The notes beneath the pieces were generated by a model that worked only from the letters and a program-made list of their open reading frames with translations, was not told the DNA's origin and did no database searches. A stretch of DNA of 64,000 bases, from assembly GCA_047495785.1 (NCBI GenBank), contig JBLDXI010000015.1:4216001-4280000 (forward strand), given 5' to 3'. The stretch comes from Lepidodermella squamata. Its lineage: Eukaryota > Animalia > Gastrotricha. Positions 13,001-25,233 of this stretch are shown piece after piece. Within the stretch, counting starts at the first letter, position 1, and every line of letters begins with the position of its first letter. The position numbers and the translations under genes are program-made.

Positions 13001-13851
13001 TCTCACCTCGTGCTTGTAAAAAAAAAAGGTGGCGGTTATCACCGTGTTTAAAACAGCGTTTTTCGTAGAAAATCATGCGATTATTTTGCTATAAATTTCA
13101 ATATTTTTCAGAACTTCTTCAACTAAAATCAAGTCTTTCTTCACACGCCCTGCGTCGCCTGAAGAGTCGGAAAATTGCGGCCCGGGTGTCAACGAATTGT
13201 GGCTCGGGTGTTTCGACGGCAGTATGCTGCTGTGTTCGCCGAAATCGCTGACCACTCCGACAAGACTTCGCGCGCCATCGCTAGCCGGCAGTAAGGACAG
13301 CCAACAGGCGCCACCCATCGCGTCCCTAGTCACAGATTGCGCCTCTGAATCAGTATTTGCCACGCTCTATCTGTCTAGCATTGTCTCACGATGGAGCGTC
13401 CGCCAACGAGTATTACTCGCTCATTTCGATTTTGGAGAGCAGGTAAATTTGGGATATTAACAAAATTGATTAAAATTGAAAATTAAAAATTGAAAAATTA
13501 ATTAAAATTAATAATTAAAAAAATTAAGGTGGAATTTTTAAATTTTATTTTCGTACTCAGATAACGAGTATTTTGCCGCAAAGTTCGCGCCTGCTTCTCG
13601 GCACAATAACCGGTTGTGTGATATCGTCCGATCTCAGCACGCTGAGGCCGTTGAATTCTTTCCCGCTGCACGCCGACTCGATTCTTGCCCTGCTGCCCAT
13701 CGGCGCGAATCAGCAGCAGCTGCCGGACGACCCGGCTAATCAGGACCTGGTGGTCTCGCTCGGCCGCGGTCTTGCCGAGCCACTTGCCGGCCTGCTGGTC
13801 GACGCGGCGCCACCGTCGCGCATGTGCGTCGTTTCTCTGAGTTTCTCATAG
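1074..13851 (+). CDS. LRRK1: Leucine-rich repeat Roco kinase, LRRK1/LRK-1 type (ANK-LRR-ROC-COR-kinase-WD40-like tail), 7 exons
   Basis: Exons joined by eye via GT-AG: 1074-1545, 1601-1724, 1778-4514, 7151-10548, 12414-12827, 13112-13442, 13561-13851. Ankyrin repeats (GQTPLYAA, RTPLHFCA), LxxLDLSxN repeats, P-loop GFPGSGKSS, COR motif FWPRL, kinase motifs VAIK, YRDLKSSN and GTPGFMAPE. Confidence 0.9.
5653..6324 (-). CDS. CD225/dispanin-like (PRRT1/IFITM-like) membrane protein nested in LRRK intron 3
   Basis: 223-aa single-exon ORF with a low-complexity N-terminus, then two hydrophobic segments: ALISLVFGCLPLAIPSLVLA and ASLLLSTLAIAIGTTILIVAALVIY. Confidence 0.6.
   Translation of the reverse strand: MAERDDETAVIAGSTEVLNIPSAFITNPFHFPVMNIENASKNALPQIVQPQPRISQNENIYSVTFNLNNNRPPPAEKGATLTNNVIYHSLASLKKSRSGEQSASRNSVQSTSNLQFLNFRDDYAAYLQRNVPFVFQNGAVLRPEITKSERRFAIGYALISLVFGCLPLAIPSLVLACQNNSESKRQRITHAASLLLSTLAIAIGTTILIVAALVIYRQLTLNF
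10787..12216 (-). pseudogene. Disrupted multi-exon orphan gene nested in LRRK intron 4
   Basis: Coding-like ORFs 12216-12028, 12065-11775 and 11697-10972, plus a further in-frame exon near 10948-10787 after a short GTAGTT...AATAG intron. A frameshift near 12070 and an in-frame TGA just before 11697 break continuity. Confidence 0.45.
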
Positions 13852-14442
13852 CGACTGAAATGTAACAAAAAAGAACATTTTGTGTGAGTGTGATATCAAA
13901 TTTGAAAAATACTAATAATTTTGTTGCCGCGTACCGATATTTTTTCCGCTCTAGCTGCGTGTTTGACCGATTGTTTTACTAGCATCAATAATAAAATTGA
14001 AATGTTCCTGATCTTTCCCAGTGTCATTCCCTAAAATACTATTGTTGCCTTTTCCAAATAATTTCGAAAGAAAACGCTTCTAACTTGCTTCAACGCTTCG
14101 GTCGTGGTACTGTGAAATTTCTTTACTCAAGTCATTATGATGAGTTTTTACCTCTCGATGAAGAGAACTAATTCTTGCAATTTAGCTGATTTGTGAAATT
14201 TTTATCATCGTGAGTGAATGAATGACAACTATTGAACACAAGTGTTATTTTACGTTATTAAATTGTGCTGTTTTTGATACGTATGAGATCGACGACTCTA
14301 AAATGATGACAATCAGAAATCCCAGTATATATTTCAACTTTTGAATAAAAAACGGAAAGGTTTTACAAAATGCGCTTTTATTTCACGAAATCACGGGTAT
14401 AAACAATGGTAAAAAAACTGTTCCAGAAAACGACGAATGTGA

Positions 14443-14916
<474 letters not shown>

Positions 14917-15001
14917 TTAGCAGATCAGGTGGATGAATTAAAATGTAAAACAAACGTAATTCGCGTGAAATGTGGGATTAATTTGCGCAAGGCGAGGCAG
15001 G

Positions 15002-15043
15002 GTTTTATACATGGCCTTTGGTCTACTGGAATGTTCTGATTGG
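15002..15043 (-). promoter_or_regulatory. TATA box and CCAAT box of the H3 promoter
   Basis: On the minus strand, GTATAAAA at 15010-15003 and CCAATC at 15042-15037, about 100-135 nt upstream of the H3 ATG. Confidence 0.5.
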
Positions 15044-15224
15044 TGGAGGGGCGTCAAGTGGCCATTATGGCGCCTACTCTCATGGTGTGTAAAATCTGTT
15101 GCCCATGCTTTGGCGCGAAACTCGAAGACGAAAAAGCGATTTTATCAACAAATCGTAGCGTTTATTTTTCTTTACGCAATGTAGTACTGAAATCGTAACC
15201 AAGGTAATCACATACAGTTTTTTT

Positions 15225-15812
15225 TTACTTCGAGCTAGTGTATTTAGTCACAGCCTTTGTTCCCTCTGCAACGACAGTAATAAATAACCACAACTATGGC
15301 GATTTTTTATTCAAAGTTACCTGACACAGCGTGCTTGGCCAGTTCTCCGGGCAGAAGCAAACGAACAGCGGTTTGAACCTGAAATTTAAAAAAATACCGA
15401 CATGCTCCGGGTAAAATTCCGAAATTATTACCTCTCGTGAGCTGATGGTCGACTTCTTGTTGTAATGAGCGAGACGCGAGGCTTCTAAGGCGATCCTTTC
15501 AAAAATATCATTGACAAACTAAAAAAAACAGAAGGAAATTGATTGAGTAATTTCACTATTGGCTATTCATACCGAATTCATAATAGCCATGGCTTTGCCG
15601 GAAATACCAGTGTCAGGGTGGACTTGCTTCAAAACCTTGTAAACTAAGAAAAGCCAGTCAATTTATTGAATAATTTGTCATTTCTTACTGTAGATATTGT
15701 AAGATTCCTTCCTCTTGTGCTTGCGCTTCTTCTCACCGCCAGGGCCCTTAGTACCGGAGGCTTTTTTGGCCATCTTGCCAGACGAATTTTTGCCACTAGC
15801 AATTTTCGGCAT
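15225..15812 (-). CDS. H2B: Histone H2B, 5 exons and 4 short introns (missed by the ORF track)
   Basis: Exons 15812-15689, 15643-15573, 15518-15432, 15378-15321, 15265-15225 give MPKIASGK...[42 protein letters not shown]...[34 protein letters not shown]. Confidence 0.95.
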
Positions 15813-16324
15813 TTCGTCGTCGAAGTGAACTCAGCAAAAGTTATTGATTGCGTAAAAATGAGCCTAAATCAATGTAAAAAGTCAGTCGGCTTAAATGCAT
15901 CCACTGGCATTAGCGCGAGCACCAATCACAATCGAGATGCACTGCGATCACACTGGACGATGAGCACGTGCTGGCGATGTTTTTTTTCTTTCAGATGATT
16001 ATTTACGTACAGAGGCACCATCTTGAATGAAGAAATAACATGGATTTTTTGTTGCATAGTTTTGTTAGATTAAAAAATAGCTCTTGTTATACAAAACACG
16101 CTTCGAACGAATTCGCAGATTTAATTTGAAAAAGTAGGCCGATTAGGTCGCATTTTATATGAAGGCAATCGAAAGACGCGCCCGCTGAATTGTTTTATTG
16201 CTAACCAGCGACGCTTTGACCGCGGCTTTCGTGTAATATAATCGGCTGGGTCATTTTCAAAATGAGAGATGATGTATTTTTGAACGTAGAGCTTTTTATT
16301 TTCAAAAACTTATTGCATTGAATA

Positions 16325-16892
16325 ATGAGCGCTAATCCAGCTGTTGGGCGAGGCAAGGGCGGCAAGGCGCATGCAGCTGCTCGTAGTTTGTCCAAGTCGA
16401 AGTCATCGCGTGCTGGTCTTCAGTTTCCTGTAGGACGCATCACTCGACTTCTACGTAAAGGGAACTACGCCGAGCGGTATTTTTATTCTATAATTTATTT
16501 ATTTAAATTATGATTCTATTCCGATAGAATTGGAGCGGGCGCCCCCGTGTACCTAGCCGCTGTCATGGAATACCTCGCTGCTGAGGTGTTGGAGTTGGCC
16601 GGCAACGCTGCTCGAGATAACAAGAAGACCCGCATCGTGCCTCGCCATATTCAATTGGCGATTCGCAACGACGAGGAGTTAAACAAATTGCTCTCCCACG
16701 TTACCATCGCTCAGGGCGGTGTCCTTCCAAACATTCAGGTTAGAATTTCCCAGCAATACTTAATCGCGGGATTAATTTTCCAAATTTCAGACTGTTTTAC
16801 TACCGAAAAAAACGAGCACCGGCCCGAGCCAGTCAACGGCGGCGCCTTCAAAGAAGTCGAAGAGTGGAGGAAGCCAAAGCCAGGCTCATTGA
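16325..16892 (+). CDS. H2A: Histone H2A with an H2A.X-like extended tail ending SQSQAH, 2 introns
   Basis: Exons 16325-16476, 16528-16738, 16791-16892. [11 protein letters not shown]...[16 protein letters not shown]...GGSQSQAH*. Head-to-head with H2B. Confidence 0.93.
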
Positions 16893-17204
16893 AAAATCGT
16901 CTCTACCTGATAAAATTGAACCATGTGAACTGCTTTGCTCAATATCCAAAACGCGTTACAACTTGATAGAGATAGCGATTACATGTTATACTACCATCGA
17001 TATATATTGTTATTATACACGAGCAGTTATTTACGTCGAATTTGTTCTAGCCTCGTCATTTATATTACCTGTATGGCCGTAAAAATTTATTCAAAACTCA
17101 TGCACTAGTCGACAAAATTTATTCGGAAGTAAATAATATCCTAATATTTGATGTTTTAAGCAGGTTTTTGCGTGTGGAAAATACTGATGATGAGCCGTGT
17201 ATAC

Positions 17205-19400
17205 TCAACGTTGACCGACTAAGAATGATCCAACAGCCAAGGCGTAGCACAGCGTTAAAGTGAAATTGTTGGCATTTAGCACCGTGGCCGAACTCTTAAA
17301 TTTCGATGGCGTTGAGTAGCTCTCGCATCTGGGCCAATTTTTCGGAGGTCGCGGGAACTGATTCTTGCTCCCGACACTGATAGCCATCGTCATACCCATG
17401 CTCTAAAAAATTGGAAACAATTTCTCAGCTTAACACGGTGGGTCAAAAAAGTTACCATGTGGTAATCGACGTGGCAGTGGAGGAGCCAAACGCCTGGATT
17501 ATTGGCGATGAATCGAGTCACGACGTAGCCGCCGGGCGGAACCGTCACTGAATCTTTCGGTAAAGTTTTAGACATTTTCCTGACAAGGGTGCCATTTCGG
17601 TCCATAGCGAGAATTTCATCCGTTGTCAAGTTAGTTCGCACTCTTTCAATCGACAGAACGTGGAATTTGTAGCCGTGAAGATGCATCGGATGCAGAGCAT
17701 TGGGTATAATGCCTTCGTTATCGATCATTATCATCTCAACCAAGGCTCCAAGAGGCACATTGACAACGTGAATGCATTCGCAGAATTCGTCCTTGGGACA
17801 TCTTCTTTGATTAGCACTGCAGTAAAGATTCTCAGGCACGTCGTCAGGTTGACTCATCAACGGCGCTGGCGGCATTTTGAATGAAATTCCATTGATTGTA
17901 GGTGTAACAGTATGCTGGCGATTTTTATTAACCCACGGCCACATCCGGTAATCGTTTACTGCCCGAAAATCCTATAAAAAATGGAGTTAAAAAGAGACTC
18001 AATTTTAGAAATAAATGATACCAGTTCGATCAATATCTTCGCATCAGGTTTTCTCGAGAATACAGACTTATCCTCAATATATGGTTCCAACAGGTCCGTT
18101 TCCAATGTCTTGTTCTCAACAACTGCAAATGGGGGCAGAATTCTTTTATTGAAAACTACGCTCAAAGCCGTGACATTCGCCACGCCCAACGTAGCCTCCT
18201 CAACAGTTTGCGGCTTAGGATTGCCGCCGATATACAAGAATTTAGCCGCGCCTTTCGCTTGATTGGCCGAACATTGCGCATCGCCGTTAACATCAAAACG
18301 GTACGCATTTGTTGGCGACACAATGTCACCGGTGAAAACAGGCACAAAATCGTAACGTTCACCAGGGAATATCGCTAGACTTAAGGTAGGTTGCGCCTTA
18401 ATTGGAACGCCATCAGTGGCGAGTAGAATCAGCAAATGGCCCTCCAGTGTAATTACCATCGGGCATTCTAGATAGGCATTGTTTATAACGCGGAAGCGAT
18501 GTCGCTTTGTTGGATCAAGCGAAAAAACTGGCATTGTCGCTGTAGATAGAGGGTCGTCAACACCAGCGCCATATCTGCCATTTACCAGCAGAACCTTCGA
18601 CGGGGATCCATCAACCCCGGCGTAGTGATGGGGCGCGAATCTCGAGGTCGCTGATTCCGTTTCGAACCAGTCTTGAAGTAAAATAGGCTCGTGATTGTCG
18701 ACGTCGTACAATGGCGCGTGGGGGTCGGCGGCATCTCGAACGATGAAAGCGCCCGCCAGACCGTCAGCCCGTTGAACGCCGGTATGCGAGTGCCAAAAAT
18801 GCGTCCCCACATCATCGGCGTCAAATTCAAGGGTAAAGTTCGAATCGGGCATAATTGGGCATTGCGTTATCATCGGCGTTCCATCCATGAACGGCGATCG
18901 GCGTAGCGTGGCGCCGTGAAAGTGAATCGAGGTTGTTTCGCCGGTATGAAGTTTGTTAACCACTGTTAGCCGAACAGTGTCTCCCTTACAAACCTCAATA
19001 GCAGGGCCTTAAAGCTAAAAATGAGAAAAATCGGTAATGATTTTACTAAATTTCGAACCTGGTAATTGGCGATTGGCGGTTACAACAGGGCGTTTCGTGC
19101 CGCTACCTGGTAAACAAACTGGCAATGAGCAGTCAACCGGATCGTTGGGGCAGTCAAAACACGCCCTTCCCATAGTTGTGTACCATTCAATGTTGAAAAC
19201 ATATTCGCACAACTTAGGATCCTCGCCGAGGTGGCAGACACGGCGGCAATGATGAAGACTAAAATCATCGCCTAAAACTGCCGGTCGCACAGCAACAATA
19301 GGCGTTAATTGCAGGGCAACTAAATCCCAAGGAAAAGTTATTCAATTTTTTGTGATATTTAAAAAATACCTAAAGTCAAGAGCAGCGATTTGGTGGCCAT
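17205..19400 (-). CDS. Laccase / multicopper oxidase A (signal peptide, Cys-rich N-domain, hydrophobic C-terminus), 5 exons
   Basis: Copper motifs HFHG, FWHSH, HPMHLHG and [12 protein letters not shown]. Exons 19400-19370, 19319-19059, 19007-18022, 17971-17456, 17402-17205. Confidence 0.92.
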
Positions 19401-20021
19401 TTTTCCGCAGATAATAGCCAATTCTCCGTGCTTGTGTGAAAACGTCAATGAGTTTCAACTTGTTGACCAGCAGACGACGGTGATATATGTGGGTTGGAGA
19501 TCCAGTTCGGATTGGCTCATTGTATGTGTGGATGCCCATATGATGGATCATGTAATGAAATGCACGAAACGTTTCCGAAAATTATGTTATTTGCCGCTCT
19601 GGCTACTACCACGCAGTTTATAGGAAATGCCCTTCGCGCTTGAAAAAAACAACTACGCTGTTAAATGATCACTATAAATTGAAATGAAAGCTAGTGCTGA
19701 CACAGAGAGGTAATAATAATAGGTGTAGCTAATAGCTACAATGGTCTGTGAGTGATATCAAGCAGATCTTCAAATCCAACCGGCTACTTCCAGCGTTAGC
19801 TAAAAAAATCCAATATCATGTGCCGCTTGGTGGTGGCAAATTTATTCTCTCAAAATTATAACTTCGATCAAACAAACAACAAAACAAATCAGTTAATTCC
19901 ATCTCAAAAATGAAAGCGCAATTTTAAATTCATAATCCTGTAAAAAAACAATCAACAAAAAACTCTAGAACAGGAATATAAAACGGCAGTGACAAGCGTG
20001 GCAATGTTCGAAAAGGAATGA

Positions 20022-22092
20022 TTATCGAGGTCGAGTGGTAGTGGCCCTACTAGAAACAACGTAGGCAGCGTGTAGGGCTGCTGAAGTTTCTTGGAGCCAA
20101 GAAACGTAATTTGACACCTTGGTGTAGACGCCGGGCGAATGCGCCTCTGCACAGCCATAGCCCCAAGAAATTACACCAGTCAACACATAGGCGGTACCGT
20201 CGGCATTTGGACAAGCTAAAGGACCACCTGAGTCACCTTGGCAACTGTCCTATATCGGATTCATCATGACAAATAATAAGGGATAAGATGAACAAAATAC
20301 CGTCCCGCCCTCTTCCAAAAACCCAGCACAAATCATGTTGTCTTGAAAGAATTAAGAAATAGGATTGATAATAATTTCCCAATATTTTAAGTAATTTCTT
20401 ACCAGTGAGCTGATTAGACATTTTCTGGCTCGAATTGCGGCATTCATTTGAATCTATTATTGGGACATTGGCCACCTTGAGAAGGGGTATGTCAGTCGCG
20501 TTCTTTGTGTCTCCGAAGCCACTGATTACGCACAGTTGATCGACGATTGGTTCGACGTTTCGCTCTGGTAGACAGATTGGCGATGCAAGATTATTATATC
20601 TGACAGATTCAGCCAGGTAAATCAGGGCGATATCCGAGTCGAATTTCTTATTCGACTTGTCGCCGTATTTCGGATGAACAGCGATAGAAGCAACTTTTAG
20701 AGGCCCAATTTCCGCCAGCTCGCCCAAAGAGCGACGAACTTTACCCAGGTATACCGACCAATAAGAAGGGTCACTGGATCTAGAATAGAAATTAAACAGG
20801 AATATTGGCAAGATAATTTCATAAAATTTACAATTCCTTGAAGCAATGAGCAGCTGTGACAATCAGCCTGTTATCAATTAACGATCCGCCGCAGACGTGA
20901 GCGAGTTGGAATCGCAGCGAAACTTGCCAAGGTGGGTACGATTTCGCCTCGGTATCGGACACAGACACTCCGCCAACAATGCGGAAAGTTGGCTCGGAAT
21001 CCGACGAGTTGGTTATTTCGCTCGAGTTGCTTATGCTGGATGCTGCCTTGCCAGAAGGCTCATCGTCGTCATAATACTCGTAGGTGTAGACGAAAATATC
21101 GCCAGTTTCGCTCCCGTTATTGGGTACAGCTTCGCGCCGTTTGCGAAAATTGAGCATACTTGAATTGCCCAAAACGCCACATTTTTCTAAAAATTAATCA
21201 AATGCATAATAAAGTCATGCCAGGGTGATTTTAAACTCACGAAGATCAGTCAAAGTGACAGGCGGCAAAACTGCCGAGGGTGGGACCCGAAGCCGCGTGT
21301 CACTGTCGGTGCCAATCAACCTTGAATTTCGATGAGCCGCACTAGACCCGATAGCGGCGAGTCCACCCAAGCTAGCAAGACCAGCAACGATTGGCAGAGC
21401 AATGTTGTTCGAATTTCCGTTATAACCGCTCTAATAATAGCTTTAAAATTATTCAAACGGCTTAAAGTGCTATATCAACTTACATTTCGCGAGTGAGGGG
21501 GTTTCATTGTAGGAACCACCTGTGGAATAGGTATCACAGGTTTCGGTTGTACAACGACGTGAGGTTTGTGATGCCATTGGGGTTTAATCCCAGTCATTGG
21601 TTGAACGCTTGGAGGTTTAACGTGAGGAATACGTTGATTTCCGACCACCGGTGGAAGCGGTTTCACAGGTTTCGGCTGTACTACGACGTTTTGATGAGGT
21701 TTGTGATGCCATTGGGGCTTAACCGGGTTAACCGCAGCCATTGGTTGAACGCTTTGAGGTTTAACGTAAGGAATGTGTTTATTTCCAAGCGAGTTGCCTT
21801 TATTGTGGAAGTTGTTATTGGAAGATATGGATGGTCTTGGCGGGCTGATATGCCGGCTCGGAGTCCACGATGAAGCTGGGCGCGACTGATGGACCGGAAT
21901 ATGAGGAATATGACGACTGGAGTGGTGGCTCGAACCGCCAAATGAAAATGAAGAACCAGATCCATGCGAAAATCCGCCACGATGGTGACTGAATCCGCCC
22001 CCTCCCATGCCTCCATGCCCCCTCGAACTGATTGGATGATAAAAGACGGAGAATGAAATCACCGCAATGAGCAAGGCACTGTTAACATGCAT
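20022..22092 (-). CDS. Trypsin-like S1 serine protease with a long Gly/His/Pro-rich N-terminal extension, about 6 exons
   Basis: Signal peptide, activation site R-IVGG, TAAHC, DIALI and [10 protein letters not shown] (Asp189 type). The splice phases of the N-terminal exons join in frame. Confidence 0.85.
21510..21780 (-). repeat. Imperfect coding tandem repeat, two copies of about 41-49 aa
   Basis: IP(Y/H)VKP(Q/P)SVQPM...[21 protein letters not shown] occurs twice and is visible at DNA level (gaggtttgtgatgccattggg twice). Confidence 0.85.
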
Positions 22093-23312
22093 AGCTCTTC
22101 CGTTGCTATCTTAAAAACAAATTTTTAGAATGCAACGAAAACTTAATCGGCACTTAACTGTTATCATCAGCAAAATATTTGTGTAACTTCTCTCAGTTGT
22201 TTGCTCACAGTTGTTACCACGCTGGCATCGATGTAAATAGCGATGCACACGAAGCATCACGAGACTTGTAGCAGATTGAAACTCTGTACTACTCTCGGTG
22301 ATAGGAAATAGGAATTACTTACAGGAATTAATACAGAGTTATGCGTCGTAAATTCATGAAAAGTGAAAACTGGGTTTTGTGAGATTGCACAGCGTGCCCA
22401 TGAGTAACACATACAAAGAAAATACTCGGAAAAGGGACCAGAAAGTCTAAAATGAGAGGTGAAGTGACATCTCAGGGCCAGAAAATTTCCAAATTCCACG
22501 AGAGAGGTAATTAAGTATGACACTTGCCATGGAAATTAGAAACTCAGAGAAGTTTGGCCCAACCAGGCAAAATACCGAACCAGTTACAATAACGTTTTCC
22601 CGGGTTATTACTGTTAAATTTGCTGCATAAGTTGCAAATCCTTTTGCCGATGATTTCTATGATTGATATCTACGATTGATATCTATTGGCTATTTGCGCA
22701 CTTTCAAGTCCGATTTTGAACCAAAGCTATCAGCTGCTGGAATATCACTAATTATGCACTAAGACTAGCGCTACTTGCCTTGTGCGCTTGATGTCAGCAA
22801 GGCTACCACAACTTATCAGCTATCATTATTCGGCTGCCGGTGCGATCAAACTTGTTTAATAGGCCTTGATGATGTCTAATGTCTAACTGGCAGCTAGGTT
22901 TCTCTTCCTGTTACGGAAAGCTCTCTCTCTCTTTCTCTTACATGAATCAACTCGTATGACTCAAGGTTAAACGCCAAAGCCGCTTGAGAAGCCGATGTCG
23001 ACTTGGAACTTGGAAACTTGAAATCTTTTTTGGAAATACATAGCATGCGGCATAAAAATACACATAAACACAAACTATTCTGCTTTATTTTATTTTATTG
23101 CTAATTTTTTGAAGAAAATATGGTTTTAATATTCTGTACTTGAACTGATATATCTAGTCTTTTTTCATCGCAAAGGCGCGCAAATCCGGGGTCGCAGAAA
23201 GCCTCTTTGGTCCTTCGTGGTACTTCGTCGCAGCCTTGCGGTATCTAAACCTTCGCCCTTTGCCGTTTCTGCCACCCTAGCAATCGACGTTGTTGAGCCT
23301 GTTCTGTTTGAG

Positions 23313-24426
23313 ATGGCCGCTGTTCCTGTTCTCCCGGAAGAAACCTCAAGTTTTGGCATCACCAAAAGAATGATTAGCTTTGGCCGCGGTGAGTTACCAG
23401 AATACATCGACAACACTCAGGTTGAAATTCATTGGCAAGCCCGTATCGCAGCTGAGGAGGGTAATCACGACCATAGCCAAGACAAATCATGTTGTTCCTC
23501 TCGGGCTGGTGCTGTTTTGGATGATACTCGCAAGGTTTTTGGCGAAAAGCGCCCTATGAGCTTGGTCTTGGGACGGAGCTTTCGCTTGCCGTTGTTGGAG
23601 ACATGTGTCAAAACCATGTGCGCAGGAGAAGTGGCCGTGTTTACAGTGTCGGATCAAAAACTGACGTCAGCCTATCCTCCATTCGCAGCTAGTCTTCGTT
23701 CAATTGCCAAGCAACAACCGAGTCGAGGTCATTGTTGTGCTGGTATGGCTCAAACAGCTGGACTTGGCTATCCAGATCTAGACGACCTTGTTCATAACCC
23801 CGGTCAGAAGTTGGAATTCACGATTGAACTAGTCGCTGTCCATAAACCGGGCCAATACGACCCGGAGAAGTGGCAAATGACCGACGAGCAACGGATTGCT
23901 TTTCTAGAGAAATATCATCTCCAGGGAAATCAACTTGTTGCTGCTAAAGAATGGCGACTGGCAGCTGCAGCCTACTCCGAGGCTTTGGAGTCGCTGGATT
24001 TGCTGTGTTCACGGTATGAAAGTTTCATTGACGGGTAATTTTGAAACCGAGCCAATGTTTGTTGATTTTAGGGATCAACACGGCGAGCCAGAATGGAAAG
24101 AGCTAGACGAGAAGAAAACTGTATTTTATTTGAATCTCGCTCAATGCCAGTTACAACTGGAAGATTATGTTGGAGCTGTTGAAAGCTGCTCTCAGGTGCT
24201 AAAGCGAGACCCGAGCAATGTTAAAGCTATGTTCCGTCGAGCGAGGGCCTATTCTAAAGCATGGGAAGAGGAGAAAGCATTCTCTGACTGGGCTGATGTG
24301 TGCAGGCTGGATCCATCTCTAATTCAGACCGTTATGCGCGAATCAAATGACTTCCGAGCTCTTTTGGAAGCTCACAAAAAAGCCGAAGCTGATAAGTTGC
24401 GGCAGCTATTTGCTCCTAAACATTAG
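23313..24426 (+). CDS. AIP: AH receptor-interacting protein (FKBP-type + TPR co-chaperone), 2 exons
   Basis: PMSLVLGRSFRLPLLETCVKTM, HCCAGM, LGYPDLDDL and TPR motifs (NVKAMFRRARA). Intron near 24013-24071. Confidence 0.88.
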
Positions 24427-24601
24427 TCACTTGCCAAAATAGCATGCTATTTAAATGTCATGTCGTCGAAAAATTTTTGGTATTCTCTTTGTTATTTTTC
24501 TGCATGAGATTTGTTTGCAGTTTTGTATTCGCACTCGACAACGTTGAACGTTCATTTTACGATGTCATTGTTTCTTAGGTGTATTATATCTGTGTGTATC
24601 G

Positions 24602-25087
24602 ATGGCGGAAGACGATGATGGCGATTACGGAGATGTTGGCGATGACATCGAAGAGCCATTCGACGATGAGATCGGAGAGGAGGGAGCCGAAGGAGAGGAA
24701 GGGGAGCAAGACAAAGAGCGCGAGGAAGGCGGCGGTCGAGACGTTGATTTATATCAAGCTGGGGAAGTTCCCGAGCCAGCACGTGTCGATCCATCGCGAC
24801 GTGTTACCACTCCTTACATGACAAAATACGAAAGAGCTCGCATTTTAGGCACAAGAGCTCTTCAAATCGCCATGTGTGCCCCGGTGATGGTCGAATTGGA
24901 AGGCGAAACAGATCCTCTTGAGATAGCTCTGAAGGAACTAAAGTGAGAATCTTGTGTTATGTTATATTTTTTATTCAACCTTGTTATTGATAGGGCTCGA
25001 AAAATTCCATTCATCATCAGGCGTTATTTACCCGATGGAAGTTTCGAAGATTGGAGCGTTGACGAGTTGATAATCACTGAAACCTAA
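24602..25087 (+). CDS. POLR2F: RNA polymerase I/II/III subunit RPABC2 (RPB6), 2 exons
   Basis: Acidic N-terminus, then [25 protein letters not shown]...[27 protein letters not shown]. Intron near 24943-24993. Confidence 0.97.
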
Positions 25088-25233
25088 TCCATCAACCTGG
25101 TGTTTTTCTAGGCTCAAAAATACAGCTCATTCTTTGTTTTAATTTTCTGTAATTCGTTTTAGGTCTTTTTTACATTTAAAATGATGAGAGAATGTTGAAA
25201 ATCGCTGCGTTATGATTAGGCATCGTGGCTATT

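Noticed and set aside
14136-14189. ATGATGA...CTGA as a C/D box snoRNA
   Set aside because: Short (54 nt), no convincing terminal stem or recognisable guide, and such motifs arise by chance in AT-rich DNA.
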